From: an uncultured Methanomassiliicoccales archaeon
Lineage (GTDB): Archaea > Thermoplasmatota > Thermoplasmata > Methanomassiliicoccales > UBA472
Length of the DNA stretch: 64,000 bases
Assembly (NCBI GenBank): GCA_963695345.1
Contig: OY968769.1
Coordinates: 2,368,001-2,432,000 of the forward strand
Direction of reading: 5' to 3'
Shown here: piece after piece, positions 9,990-19,446 of the stretch
Numbering within the stretch: position 1 is the first letter of the stretch
Layout of the letters: each line of letters opens with the position of its first letter
The notes under the pieces: generated by a model
What the model saw: only the letters and a program-made list of their open reading frames with translations
The model's database searches: none
What the model was told of the DNA's origin: nothing
Made by a program: the position numbers and the translations under genes

Positions 9990-11618
9990 ATGAGAATAAT
10001 TGTCAACGGAAGACCGGTGGAAGCCCCGGAAGGAGCGGTGGTCGGCGACGTCATCGCCGGAGAACCGTACAGGCACGGCACAATGCTGGCGGTCATCCGG
10101 CCGATGGACAAGGTAAGGAAGGGGACCGATGAATTCAAGTTCACCACAACCAGAGGGGCGTTCGTCCTCAAGTTGAACGGTTCGATCGAGGCCAACGCCT
10201 GGAAGGAGGTCTTTTCGGCGACCGCCGGCAAGTCGGTCCGCTGGGCCACCTCCAAGGTCATCGCGGTCGGGTCCTTCCCGACCAGTCTGACCTCGACCAA
10301 GGGGAGGGCCAAGTACTCCCGGCACGAGGCTTTCCTATCCTTGGGTGGGTTCGACTCCAACACCACATATGTGATGTTCGCCCGGAATGACCATGAAGGC
10401 GAATACGGCCTCGCCGGCGGGGTCATCGGTCATGTCACACGGGGACGCCATGTGATCACCGCACTGAAAGAGGCCGACAAGATACTCGACGTCACTCCCG
10501 TGGTCCTGGAGATGAGCTCCAAGGACGCTTTCGCCACCGCCGACCTGACCACCAAGCTGGAGGACGGCATGAGCGTGGAGACCTACGTCCGGGTCAAGCT
10601 CGATCATCGCTCGCCGATCAGCTGCGAGCATTTCCTGGTGACGATCACGGGCGGCACGCTGAAGCTCACCGAACGAACCGCCGCGTACACCGCCAGCTCG
10701 ACCAACATGGACGTCTCCCTGATCGCCGAGGCGAACGACATCCGACTGCCCGACATGGTCACCGTCAGGCACACGGGCGCCGGTACCGGCAGGGTATACA
10801 TCTACAAGCTCCGAAGACAGGTGAATCCCAGCCACAACACCGCGGGGATGCTCATCGCCGGAGAGCAACTGATCCATCTGGTCCCGGACCATTCCGAGGT
10901 CACCATCATCAGCGATCCGGTCCGGATCATGACCATCGGCATGACCCAGGCCCAAGCCGGTTCATTCCTTGATTCCCTTGGTCTGAAACAGAAACGGACC
11001 GGGGATGGGGCGGACGACGCCATGGTGGTGGAACAGGAGCCGGAGTTCACCATGGATGCCAGGGCGTCCGCCGAGGTGGAGACCTTCGGCATCGGGGCCG
11101 AAAAGATACGCGACGTCTCGTTCGCCGACGACGTGGCCCCTACCACATCCCGCTACATCCGCAAGATGGCCGGACTGGACCACAAGCCGGTCGGCACCCT
11201 GAAGGTCCATTTCACATTCGAGGGAATGCCGCTGGTGACCTTCGAGGGCAACGCCACGGTGGCCTCGAGCCTGGTTCCCGAGAACGGATTCACCATCGAG
11301 AAAGGGGTGGCCCGCGGCGAGATCGGGGTCACCAACATGGCGAGGCCCAACCGCGGACTCATCGGCATACGATTGGAACCCAGTAACGAGTTCGGCCCCA
11401 CCGGGGAGGAGGACCACGGCACGAACATGTCAGGTATCGTGGTCTCCGACCTCGGTGCCTTGATGTCCGGGCTCAAGGACGGCGACATCGTGTACATCCG
11501 GGAGGCACCGAGACCGGCCCCGGCGCCGAAGGTCAAGAGAGCCCGGGCAGCCCCGTCGGAAGTCAAGAAGAAGCCAGCAGCAAAGAAGAAGGTGAAGAAG
11601 GATGTCACAGACCAGTGA
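9990..11618 (+). CDS. mmp3: Methanogenesis marker protein 3 (cyclophilin-like fold)
   Basis: SLGGFD, G.GTGRVYIY, SHN..G, IGVTNMARPNRGLIGIRL..FGPTGEE..GTN; heads the marker cluster; Lys-rich tail. Confidence 0.88.
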   Translation: MRIIVNGRPVEAPEGAVVGDVIAGEPYRHGTMLAVIRPMDKVRKGTDEFKFTTTRGAFVLKLNGSIEANAWKEVFSATAGKSVRWATSKVIAVGSFPTSLTSTKGRAKYSRHEAFLSLGGFDSNTTYVMFARNDHEGEYGLAGGVIGHVTRGRHVITALKEADKILDVTPVVLEMSSKDAFATADLTTKLEDGMSVETYVRVKLDHRSPISCEHFLVTITGGTLKLTERTAAYTASSTNMDVSLIAEANDIRLPDMVTVRHTGAGTGRVYIYKLRRQVNPSHNTAGMLIAGEQLIHLVPDHSEVTIISDPVRIMTIGMTQAQAGSFLDSLGLKQKRTGDGADDAMVVEQEPEFTMDARASAEVETFGIGAEKIRDVSFADDVAPTTSRYIRKMAGLDHKPVGTLKVHFTFEGMPLVTFEGNATVASSLVPENGFTIEKGVARGEIGVTNMARPNRGLIGIRLEPSNEFGPTGEEDHGTNMSGIVVSDLGALMSGLKDGDIVYIREAPRPAPAPKVKRARAAPSEVKKKPAAKKKVKKDVTDQ

Positions 11619-12030
11619 GACCAGGTACATCGTCATCGCACCGAGCTCTTCCATCACTCCTGACCAGATCACCCGGTTCATCCACACGATGGCGGTGGAC
11701 ATCCAGATCAAGGAGACCTGTTTCGGGGTCATCATCCAGGGGCACCGGAGGTGGTGGCCAAGGTGCTGGCCGAGGTCAGGAAGCTGGACCCGAACCGTCT
11801 GTTCTCCAAGGTCCGCGGCTACCCCATCGGCGACGGAAGGAGATGCCGGGCCGAGCACGGCTCCAGGCCCGGGTTCACCCAGCTGGAGAAGGAGTGGAAG
11901 GACCTGCCGATGTTCGAGGCCGGTCTGGTATGCGCCGAGACGGATGGCAAGGTATGCGAGCGTTCCGAAACGGAAGAAGATCCCGGTCTCGGAACTCAAG
12001 AAGATTTGCGACGAGGTGTGTCAACAATGA
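11602..12030 (+). CDS. mmp6: Methanogenesis marker protein 6; two compensating frameshifts (about 11745 and 11950)
   Basis: IKETCFG in one frame; LDPNRLFSKVRGYPIGDGRRCRA..GSRPGFTQLEKE in the next; KIPVSELKKI back in the first. Confidence 0.85.
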   Translation: MSQTSETRYIVIAPSSSITPDQITRFIHTMAVDIQIKETCFGVIIQGHRRWWPRCWPRSGSWTRTVCSPRSAATPSATEGDAGPSTAPGPGSPSWRRSGRTCRCSRPVWYAPRRMARYASVPKRKKIPVSELKKICDEVCQQ

Positions 12031-12461
12031 AGGTTTTCATAGTCCCCCCGAACAGCCTGATACTGTTCGATCTCGTGGAACGTTTCGGGCACAAGCCGCT
12101 CAGCATAATGGGGGCGCTGTCGGAGAAGGTGACCTCGAAGGAGATCGAGTCCCCTCCGCTGAACGTCACCGTCGACGACGTCAAGAAGGGGCTCAAGTAC
12201 GCGGGAATCGAGGTCCCGTCTGGCATACGCGGGAGGCTGGCGGTATACGGACCGCTCATCGACGAGGCCGAGGCGGCCATATTCATGGAGGACGCGCCCT
12301 ACATGTTCGGCTGCGTCGGCTGCGCCCGGACCAACGAGATGGTCAAGCTGCTGGTCCGGAAGAGGAAGATCCCGCTCCTGGAGCTGGACTACCCGACCAG
12401 CGATGAAGAGGCCAAGGTCGTGGTCAAGAAGGTAAAGGCGTTCCTGGAGGGACTGAAATGA
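12027..12461 (+). CDS. mmp5: Methanogenesis marker protein 5
   Basis: [52 protein letters not shown]. Confidence 0.93.
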   Translation: MKVFIVPPNSLILFDLVERFGHKPLSIMGALSEKVTSKEIESPPLNVTVDDVKKGLKYAGIEVPSGIRGRLAVYGPLIDEAEAAIFMEDAPYMFGCVGCARTNEMVKLLVRKRKIPLLELDYPTSDEEAKVVVKKVKAFLEGLK

Positions 12462-13690
12462 TCAAGATCGCACAACTGTCCTGCGGGACCGAGTACTCTG
12501 GAGTGCAGGACGAGATAGAGCGGGCCGCCGGAGCGGTCGGGGGCAAGATGGTCTATCCGGACGTGGACCTGGAGAACATCAACTCGGCCATCGAGAAGTT
12601 CGGTTTCAACCCGGTCTCCCCGCAGCTGAAATTGATGATCGCCCGGGCGGTGAACGTGGCCGAAGGTCACTACGATGCCGACGCGGTGTTCATCGCCTCC
12701 TGCTTCCGCTGCGCCGAGGCGGCGCTGGTGAGGACGGAGCTCAGGAAGTACATCCAGGAGCATACCCGGCTTCCGGTGGTCACCTACTCGTTCACCGAGA
12801 GGACCAAGTCCGCCCAGCTGCTCACCAGGATGGAAGCGCTGGTCACCATTGTGGAACGCAAGGAACTGCTGGCCAGGGAACGGCAGGTCGGACTCACCGC
12901 CGGCATAGACTCCGGTTCTTCCACCACCAAGGCCATGATCATGCGGGACAACGAGATCATCGGGAAGTTCTGGTTGCCGACGCAGGACGTATTCAGTTCG
13001 GCCGAGACGGCTCTGAACAATGCGCTCGCAGAGGCGGGGGTCAAGACGGGAGCAGCTGGAGGCCATCGGGACCACCGGATACGGACGTTTCACATTGGGC
13101 AAGAAGTTCAACGCCAAGCTGGTCCAGGAAGAGCTGACCGTCAACTCGAAGGGAGCGGTATGGCTGGCGGACCGTCAGAAGGGCGAGGCCACCATCATCG
13201 ACATCGGAGGAATGGACAACAAGGCCATCACCGTCCGGGACGGCATACCGGACAACTTCACCATGGGCGGCATCTGCGCCGGGGCGTCCGGAAGGTTCCT
13301 GGAGATGGTCTCGAAGCGTCTTCACGTGGAGATAACCGAACTGGGTCAGCTGGCCGACAAGGGCGACTATAGGAAGGTGCCCATGAACTCCTACTGCTCG
13401 GTGTTCGGCATCCAGGACCTGGTCACCTCGCTCGCCGCGGGCAACACCATGGAGGACGTGGCGTCCGCCGCCTGTCACTCGGTGGCGGAACAGATATTCG
13501 AGCAGCAGCTGCAGGAGATCGAGGTGCGCTATCCGGTCATCCAGGTCGGCGGCACCTCGCTGATCAGCGGCATGGTCCGGGCAATGGAGGACACCCTCGG
13601 GACAGAGGCCGATCGTTCCGCCCGCACTCCCAGTACATCGGAGCCGCCGGCGCGGCATTGCTGGCATCCGGATTCCTAGAGGGACACTGA
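12458..13690 (+). CDS. mmp15: Methanogenesis marker protein 15 (ASKHA ATPase activator family); frameshifts at about 13045 and 13610
   Basis: [61 protein letters not shown]. Confidence 0.9.
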
Positions 13691-13691
13691 G

Positions 13692-14256
13692 ATGGAGATC
13701 ATAGCGGAAGGGCCGGAAAGCTTCGCGAACGACAGCTACACGTTGCTGCTGGAGCGGACGCTGGTGGACATGGGCATCACCACCTCCATCGAGAAGGTGC
13801 AGGTTGATCATCCGATCCGGCCGAGCCGCTCTTCATCATATCCATCCGCACCCGGCAAGGCGGGGGGTTCGAGAATGGTCTCCGAGATATCGCACCATCG
13901 AGGAGAAGGAGGGAGGGACCTTCATCACCATCATCGATGAGAACTACGCCCCGCGCCTGCTCTCGCCTGCTGTGGAGGACGTTCGGCCGGGATAGGATCG
14001 AACAGGTCACCCGGCTGGAGATCTATGCCAAAGGGATAACCGCCAAGGACCTCGAATCCCTGCGAGCTGGACCCGGAAGAGGAGCTCAAGAAGAAGCTGC
14101 TCGACGCGGTCTGGAGGATCATGCCCGGAAGGGTTCAAGGTAAGGCAGGAGTGGGTTTCCGAGACGGCCATGACCATCACCGCCACCGAGCGGACCCTGA
14201 CCCCGGAGCAGATCGCCCTGGGTGCGGCCACCCAGAAGGATATGGAGGCGCCCTGA
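13692..14256 (+). CDS. mmp17: Methanogenesis marker protein 17; several frameshifts
   Basis: Position between mmp15 and mmp7; fragments ITIIDENYAPRLL, LWRTFGRDRIEQ..R, IMPEGFKV across frames. Confidence 0.72.
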
Positions 14257-15185
14257 TGTACAAGGTACTGTTGTTCGACGGTGGGGTCTACCGCATCAAC
14301 GAGCTGTACGAGCTTATCGAGGACATCGGCGGATTCATCATCCAGAAGACCACCATCCAGGTCATGATAACGGTGACCATGGCCATCCCCGAGGAGGACC
14401 AGCCGATCATCGAGGCGAAGATCGCGGGAACTGGGGGCGAAGCTGGTCGACGTTCCGCTGGCGGGCACGGAGATAGCGTCGTCGGTCCGACACTGGGACG
14501 TCATCACATGCCCCATCCTATCTGCGACATCGCCGAGCAGCTGCGCCGTTACGGCGCCATCACGGTGGTCATGGGTCTGGCCCGGGGAAAGGGAAGGGCC
14601 ACTGCGCAGATATCCGCGGACGAGAAGGCCATCATCGACGAATATGACGCGGCGATCTTCGTGCTGGGCAATTTCAAGGATTGCATCATCAACGACAAGG
14701 TCCGGCTATTCCAGGACATATCCGTCCCGGTCACCGTGGTATGCGGCCCGGACATCCCGGAGCTCCCCAACTGCGAGGCGCTCGTGTCCGGGGTGGGCCG
14801 CAAGGTGGAGAGGATGAGACGGGCCGAGGAGATCGAGAAGCTGGAAGAGGTATCCAATGCCGTCGACCGGACCATCGGCATACGCCGCCGGGAGATCGAT
14901 GAGGACCCTCTGTTCGTCCACCCTTCCGAGATCAAGGAACAGCTGGAGAAGATACAGGCGGTCAGCGAATCCCTGCGCCCGGCACCGATCGTATTGCACC
15001 TGGATGGTCTCAGGGTCAAAGTGCCGTTCGAGGAGTACGGCAGTCAGATCGCCGACCTCGAAGTGTACGGGCGGAAGCTTGGGGAGATAGCGCGCATTAC
15101 CGGTTCAAGGATGAAAGGCAGCACGCTGATCCGCATCATGACCGAATGCGAGGTCAAGGCAAGGGACTCGCTAAAGCAGAAATGA
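14256..15185 (+). CDS. mmp7: Methanogenesis marker protein 7; local compensating indels at about 14425-14480
   Basis: MYKVLLFDGGVY..ELYELIEDIGG, PTLGRHHMPHPICDIAE.LRRYGA, GLARGKGR, LDGLRVK. Confidence 0.9.
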   Translation: MYKVLLFDGGVYRINELYELIEDIGGFIIQKTTIQVMITVTMAIPEEDQPIIEAKIAGTGGEAGRRSAGGHGDSVVGPTLGRHHMPHPICDIAEQLRRYGAITVVMGLARGKGRATAQISADEKAIIDEYDAAIFVLGNFKDCIINDKVRLFQDISVPVTVVCGPDIPELPNCEALVSGVGRKVERMRRAEEIEKLEEVSNAVDRTIGIRRREIDEDPLFVHPSEIKEQLEKIQAVSESLRPAPIVLHLDGLRVKVPFEEYGSQIADLEVYGRKLGEIARITGSRMKGSTLIRIMTECEVKARDSLKQK

Positions 15186-15243
15186 CCCTCGCCAATGCGA
15201 TACCGTTTATAGTCCAATGAATGAATACTCCTCAGGGTTAGCA

Positions 15244-15810
15244 ATGAAGATCATCGGTATCTCGGGGAGTCCCAGGGTCGACGGCAACACGGAGGTCCTG
15301 GTCAAAGAGGCGTTGGAAGGGGCCAGACAGAAAGGCGCGGAGATCGAGTTCGTAGCGCTCTCCGGCCGGAAGATCCAAGGCTGCCTGGCATGCACGGAAT
15401 GCGGCCGAAACGGCAAATGCGTCATCGATGATGAGATGCAGGAGATCTACCCCGGGCTGATGGCGGCCGATGGCGTGATCATAGGAACCCCGATCTATTT
15501 TGGGCAGATGACATCGCAGACCAAGGCATTCATCGACCGGACCTACCTGCTCTCCAAGCTGGGGAAGAAATTGGAGGGGAAGGTCGGTGGGGTAATCGCG
15601 GTCGGCGGGCGGGCCGGGCACGAGTTCACCACCGCGGCTCTGATGGACTTCATGACCCTACAAGGGTTGATCCTCCCCCCGAAGGCGTTCGCCCATTCTT
15701 ACGCCCGGGAGCTGGGGGCGGCCCGGTCGGACGAGAAGGGATTGAAGGAGGCCAGGGCCCTGGGTGAACGGGTGGTATCGCTGGCGGTCCGGCTGGCCCC
15801 GACCAAGTGA
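15244..15810 (+). CDS. Iron-sulfur flavoprotein (Isf-type flavodoxin family)
   Basis: MKIIGISGSPR..GNT, CxxCxxC-x5-C, GTPIYFG, KAFIDR. Confidence 0.9.
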   Translation: MKIIGISGSPRVDGNTEVLVKEALEGARQKGAEIEFVALSGRKIQGCLACTECGRNGKCVIDDEMQEIYPGLMAADGVIIGTPIYFGQMTSQTKAFIDRTYLLSKLGKKLEGKVGGVIAVGGRAGHEFTTAALMDFMTLQGLILPPKAFAHSYARELGAARSDEKGLKEARALGERVVSLAVRLAPTK

Positions 15811-16312
15811 GGAGGGATCACCGATCCCTGGAGAGCCAGATAACGAACGGGGGACCTACATCCTGTTGGCCTACCTGCGCCGTGACCAGACGATCACGAT
15901 AGGCAGGCTGGGCCCGATTCATTTCCTGGCCGGGACCTATGCCTATTGCGGCTCGGCCATGGCTGGCTACCGGGGGAGGGTGGGCCGGCATTTCTCCAGG
16001 GACAAGAAGCTGCGATGGCATATCGACTTCCTGCTGGAAGAGGCCGAACCGATGGCCGCATACCTGGCGCCGGGAGGAAAGGGCGTGGAATGCGCGCTCG
16101 GAATGCTCCTGTCCGGTTTGGAGGGCTCCCAACCCATCAAGGGATTCGGCTGTTCCGATTGCGGATGCATTTCACATCTCTTCTGGATCGAAGGCTCGTC
16201 TATTCCGGACCTGTCTGGAAAAAATGAAGGCGGCCCGGTTCGGGATATGTACCGCTGCGCAAAATCATTAATAGACTGGATACCCCTATCAATGGCAATA
16301 CTGGTATGGTGA
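15764..16312 (+). CDS. GIY-YIG/Uri superfamily endonuclease, DUF123 family (true start probably near 15812-15825)
   Basis: GTYILL, GTYAYCGSA, RWHIDFLL, EC, GFGCSDCGC.SHL. Confidence 0.85.
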   Translation: MNGWYRWRSGWPRPSEEGSPIPGEPDNERGTYILLAYLRRDQTITIGRLGPIHFLAGTYAYCGSAMAGYRGRVGRHFSRDKKLRWHIDFLLEEAEPMAAYLAPGGKGVECALGMLLSGLEGSQPIKGFGCSDCGCISHLFWIEGSSIPDLSGKNEGGPVRDMYRCAKSLIDWIPLSMAILVW

Positions 16313-16318
16313 TCTGTC

Positions 16319-16549
16319 GTGGTGGACCCTAAGGTGGAAAAGATCGAGCATAAGATCAAAGAACTGAACGCCATCAGGGGAGAGTACCGGGCCGAGGTCG
16401 ATGAGGCGGAGGCCCATTTCAAGAAACGCAAGATATCCAAAGAGGAATTTGACCGTATCAAGTCCAAGTGCGAAGAGAAGATGGGCCACATCAATGACAA
16501 GGTGAAGGCATGCCATGAGGAGCTTCACGCACTGCGTGACAAGAAATGA
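16319..16549 (+). CDS. Small coiled-coil hypothetical protein
   Basis: GGTGA SD, K/E-rich helical ORF followed by a GC hairpin and T-tract. Confidence 0.7.
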   Translation: MVDPKVEKIEHKIKELNAIRGEYRAEVDEAEAHFKKRKISKEEFDRIKSKCEEKMGHINDKVKACHEELHALRDKK

Positions 16550-16712
16550 ACGGGATCGGCCCGTCCGATCCGTTCGTCGCGAGGCGATCCCGATCCCCGG
16601 GGTACGATACATCGATTTTTCTCGGTCCTCCGCTATAACGCTGGATGAGGTTAGGCATGGCCGTCAGGTATAATCCTAATTTACTTATACTCAATAAACC
16701 AAATGCATATAT

Positions 16713-16994
16713 TGCCCGGAGGCGGAATGCGGGTCCGGACAGGAAGAGTTCAGGATGACACCGATGTCCCTGCTCGATCCTGATCCCTTTCGTGGTTGCG
16801 ACCACGGGCGTCATAGAAATGGACTTGGGTATTACCCATATCCAGGCGCACCTGCTCTAGAAGGGTAGTCCTGTTCATTCTGAACGGACCATCCCGCGGC
16901 AGAAAGAGAATACGGCCGCCTCGAGGGGACGGTCATTTTGTGGAATGACCTCCGCAGGTCGTCGGAATCCGGTCCGTACCGAAAACTCCGGGCA
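16713..16994 (+). ncRNA. Candidate structured ncRNA A (~282 nt), unknown family
   Basis: 5' TGCCCGGAG pairs with 3' CTCCGGGCA; extended terminal helix; at least 5 internal hairpins; GC-rich between AT-rich flanks; TATA-like TTATAC about 28 nt upstream; paralogous to element B. Confidence 0.6.
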
Positions 16995-17131
16995 TCATTC
17001 TTAATCGATGATTGACCAGTATTCTTAATTTTGTCCATACATCTGGGCTTGACGTATCTCAAATCTGTATGAAATCAAAGGATCTCGTTCTAACGAAGAA
17101 TAGAAATAGTCTGTAATGTCTAGTAATATAT

Positions 17132-17420
17132 TGGCCCGGAGGCGGAATGCATCTGGGGAAAACAGTGAAGGTGCCCTGCATCGTTTGTGGACGATGTCTT
17201 AGGAAACTGTCCCTGTTCCGGCGAGAGCTGGGTCTATGCAATGTGGTCGTTGCCTGCAGGCAACGGTTGATGCATGGATTCGCGAACGGAAAGACTCTCC
17301 TAACAAGAGAGAACCTACCAAGCGATACAGAGCGTTCGGGGTTCGATCGGATTCATCTGCAGATTTGACCCGACCTAACCGGAGAACGAAGTACCCAGCG
17401 GCCCTGTAAACCCCGGGCCA
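17132..17420 (+). ncRNA. Candidate structured ncRNA B (~289 nt), unknown family
   Basis: 5' TGGCCCGG pairs with 3' CCGGGCCA; same GCCCGGAGGCGGAATGC 5' motif as element A; several internal hairpins. Confidence 0.6.
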
Positions 17421-17571
17421 TCTACTCATCCTGCTAGAATGGAAATTATGGGCCGAAAATACCCTTAACATACCTATACTTTTCACTAGCCATTGCATTA
17501 GATAGATTTTTAATATGTTGATATGCTTCGGGGTTGTAATCTCGTTTATATTATCTTCGAGGGTTTCGATC

Positions 17572-19155
17572 ATGGAAGCCGCTGAGCACATACCCAAGAA
17601 CCTCCAGGCAGCCGTAGCCAAATTGGAGGATGCCATAGGAAAGGCGAACGTTAAGACCAGCAAGATGGAGAGATTGATTTACAGCCACGATCTTGCCCCA
17701 CTGCCGAACATGGCCCAGCTCGGTTTCAAGAACGTTCCGGACATCGTGGTCCGTCCGTCATCGACCGAGGACCTTCAGAATATCGTGAAGATCGCCGCCG
17801 AGGAAGGTATCCCGATCACCCCGAGAGGCTCGTCCACATGGGGACTGGCCGGCTCTGTGCCGGTGTTCGCGGGTCTCCTGATCGATTTCACCGGCGCCAT
17901 GAACAAGATCCTGAAGATCGATGAGGTCAACCTCGAAGTGACGGCCCAGGCGGGCTGCACCTGGAAGCAGGTCTATGAGGCCTGTCTGGAGAAAGGAATG
18001 CTCCTCGGGTCCTATCCGAGCAGCTACCCGAGCGCCACCATCGGAGGATGGACCTCCACCGGAGGCATCGGCGTAGGCACCTACAAGTATGGTGGCGCGG
18101 CCGATAACATCCGCGACATGGAGGTCGTGATGCCGGATGGGACCATCGTCAACACCGGTTTCAAAGGCCTCTGCGACAACATGACCGGCTACAACCTGAC
18201 CCGCATCATCAGCGGCGCCGAGGGTACACTGGGTGTAATCTCCAATATAACTTTCAAGCTAACTCCGGCACCGGAGATCTTCAGGCCTCTCACCTACTTC
18301 TTCAAGGACCTGCCCTCCATCGGCGCCCCCTTGTTCGAGATCGCCCACAAGCGCGTCGTCCCCCTGCACATAAGTTTCTCCGACGGCAACCACTTCGAAC
18401 TGCTGAAGAAGGCAGGCAAGCACGTGACCGAGGTCGCCACGGCCATGAACGTCGTTCTCGAGGGCGACAAAGAGACGGTCGCGCACGAGGAAGCGGTCAT
18501 AGACGCAGTGGTCGCCAAGTTCGGTGGCAGGAAGGCGGATGACGCCACCGCAGCCCATGAATGGGCAGAGAACTGCTACGAGTTCAGGTGCCGCGAGGTC
18601 GGATTGGGATGCATACCCGGTGAGGTAGTCGTCCCGGTCAAGGACTATGCGGTATTCGCCAACCGCCTGTACGAGCTCATGGACAACATGAAGATGACCG
18701 GGGCCATCATCGGCATAATGGCCGATCGGAACACCGTCATGTTCATGCCCTACTTCCTGTTCAACCCGGACGACCTGGTCCAGTTGACCGCACTGTCGTT
18801 CAGCAAGAAGTGCGGGGACATGGCCATGGAATACGGCGGCCGGCCGCTCGGATTCGGCGCCTTCTTCGCCTCCAACCTGGACGCGATACGCGGAAACGGG
18901 GCCAAATACATCCGTGCGATCAAGAAGACCATTGACCCGCAGGACATCATGAACCCGGGCAAGCTCACCGGAACGACGCTGCGATACGGCATCAAGATCC
19001 CGCCGATCCTGTTCGACAAGGGCATGGACGCGATGGCTTTGGCAAAGATCATGCTCCCTCGCGACACCCAGTTCGATGACAAGGCGGCGGCGTACGCCAA
19101 CGAGCGTATGATCAAGGAGCGGGCCGAGAAAGAGCACCAGCACCCGAAGCACTAA
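17572..19155 (+). CDS. FAD-binding oxidoreductase, GlcD/D-lactate dehydrogenase family
   Basis: PDIVVRP, PITPRGSST..AG, ATIGGW, GAEGTLGVI, DPQDIMNPGK. Confidence 0.88.
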   Translation: MEAAEHIPKNLQAAVAKLEDAIGKANVKTSKMERLIYSHDLAPLPNMAQLGFKNVPDIVVRPSSTEDLQNIVKIAAEEGIPITPRGSSTWGLAGSVPVFAGLLIDFTGAMNKILKIDEVNLEVTAQAGCTWKQVYEACLEKGMLLGSYPSSYPSATIGGWTSTGGIGVGTYKYGGAADNIRDMEVVMPDGTIVNTGFKGLCDNMTGYNLTRIISGAEGTLGVISNITFKLTPAPEIFRPLTYFFKDLPSIGAPLFEIAHKRVVPLHISFSDGNHFELLKKAGKHVTEVATAMNVVLEGDKETVAHEEAVIDAVVAKFGGRKADDATAAHEWAENCYEFRCREVGLGCIPGEVVVPVKDYAVFANRLYELMDNMKMTGAIIGIMADRNTVMFMPYFLFNPDDLVQLTALSFSKKCGDMAMEYGGRPLGFGAFFASNLDAIRGNGAKYIRAIKKTIDPQDIMNPGKLTGTTLRYGIKIPPILFDKGMDAMALAKIMLPRDTQFDDKAAAYANERMIKERAEKEHQHPKH

Positions 19156-19283
19156 ACCTTTCAGATATACATCGGCGGGCAACGCCCGTCCCTTCACATT
19201 TTTCCATATTCTAGCACTTCTTTTGTTTTCACACTAAACATACATCCGCCGGGTTCGGTCGGATAGAAAGAAGAAAGCGTTTG

Positions 19284-19430
19284 TTACTTCGTGGCGTACT
19301 TATCCGGGCTTGCGTCGAACTTCTTCTTGCATCCCGGCGCGCAGAAGTAGTAGGTCTTTCCCTTGTACTCCGACTTCCACTTGGCGGTCTTCTCATCGAC
19401 CTGCATCTTGCATATCACGTCTTCAGCCAT
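19284..19430 (-). CDS. YHS/TRASH-domain copper chaperone-like protein (48 aa; not in the ORF track)
   Basis: MAEDVICKMQVDEKTAKWKSEYKGKTYYFCAPGCKKKFDASPDKYATK; directly downstream of copA. Confidence 0.88.
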   Translation of the reverse strand: MAEDVICKMQVDEKTAKWKSEYKGKTYYFCAPGCKKKFDASPDKYATK

Positions 19431-19446
19431 TTTTTCATTATCTCCC

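Noticed and set aside
7690-14480. Frameshifts in atwA, mmp6, mmp15, mmp17 and mmp7 as pseudogenisation or programmed frameshifting
   Set aside because: These are many single-base indels, often in homopolymers and often compensating, in genes essential for methanogenesis. The same pattern occurs in hppA and the dehydrogenase gene. It is typical of an unpolished long-read assembly.
16713-17420. SRP RNA, second RNase P RNA, tRNA, tmRNA or MITEs as the explanation of the paired elements
   Set aside because: There is no SRP helix-8 motif, no RNase P CR-I/CR-V pair and no T-loop. No target-site duplications or nearby transposase are visible, and the terminal complementarity is interrupted and G-U-rich (RNA-like). 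MITE origin cannot be fully excluded without a genome-wide search.
16491-17663. Short ORFs overlapping the candidate ncRNAs
   Set aside because: They lack SD signals and recognisable motifs, have atypical composition, and overlap one another.
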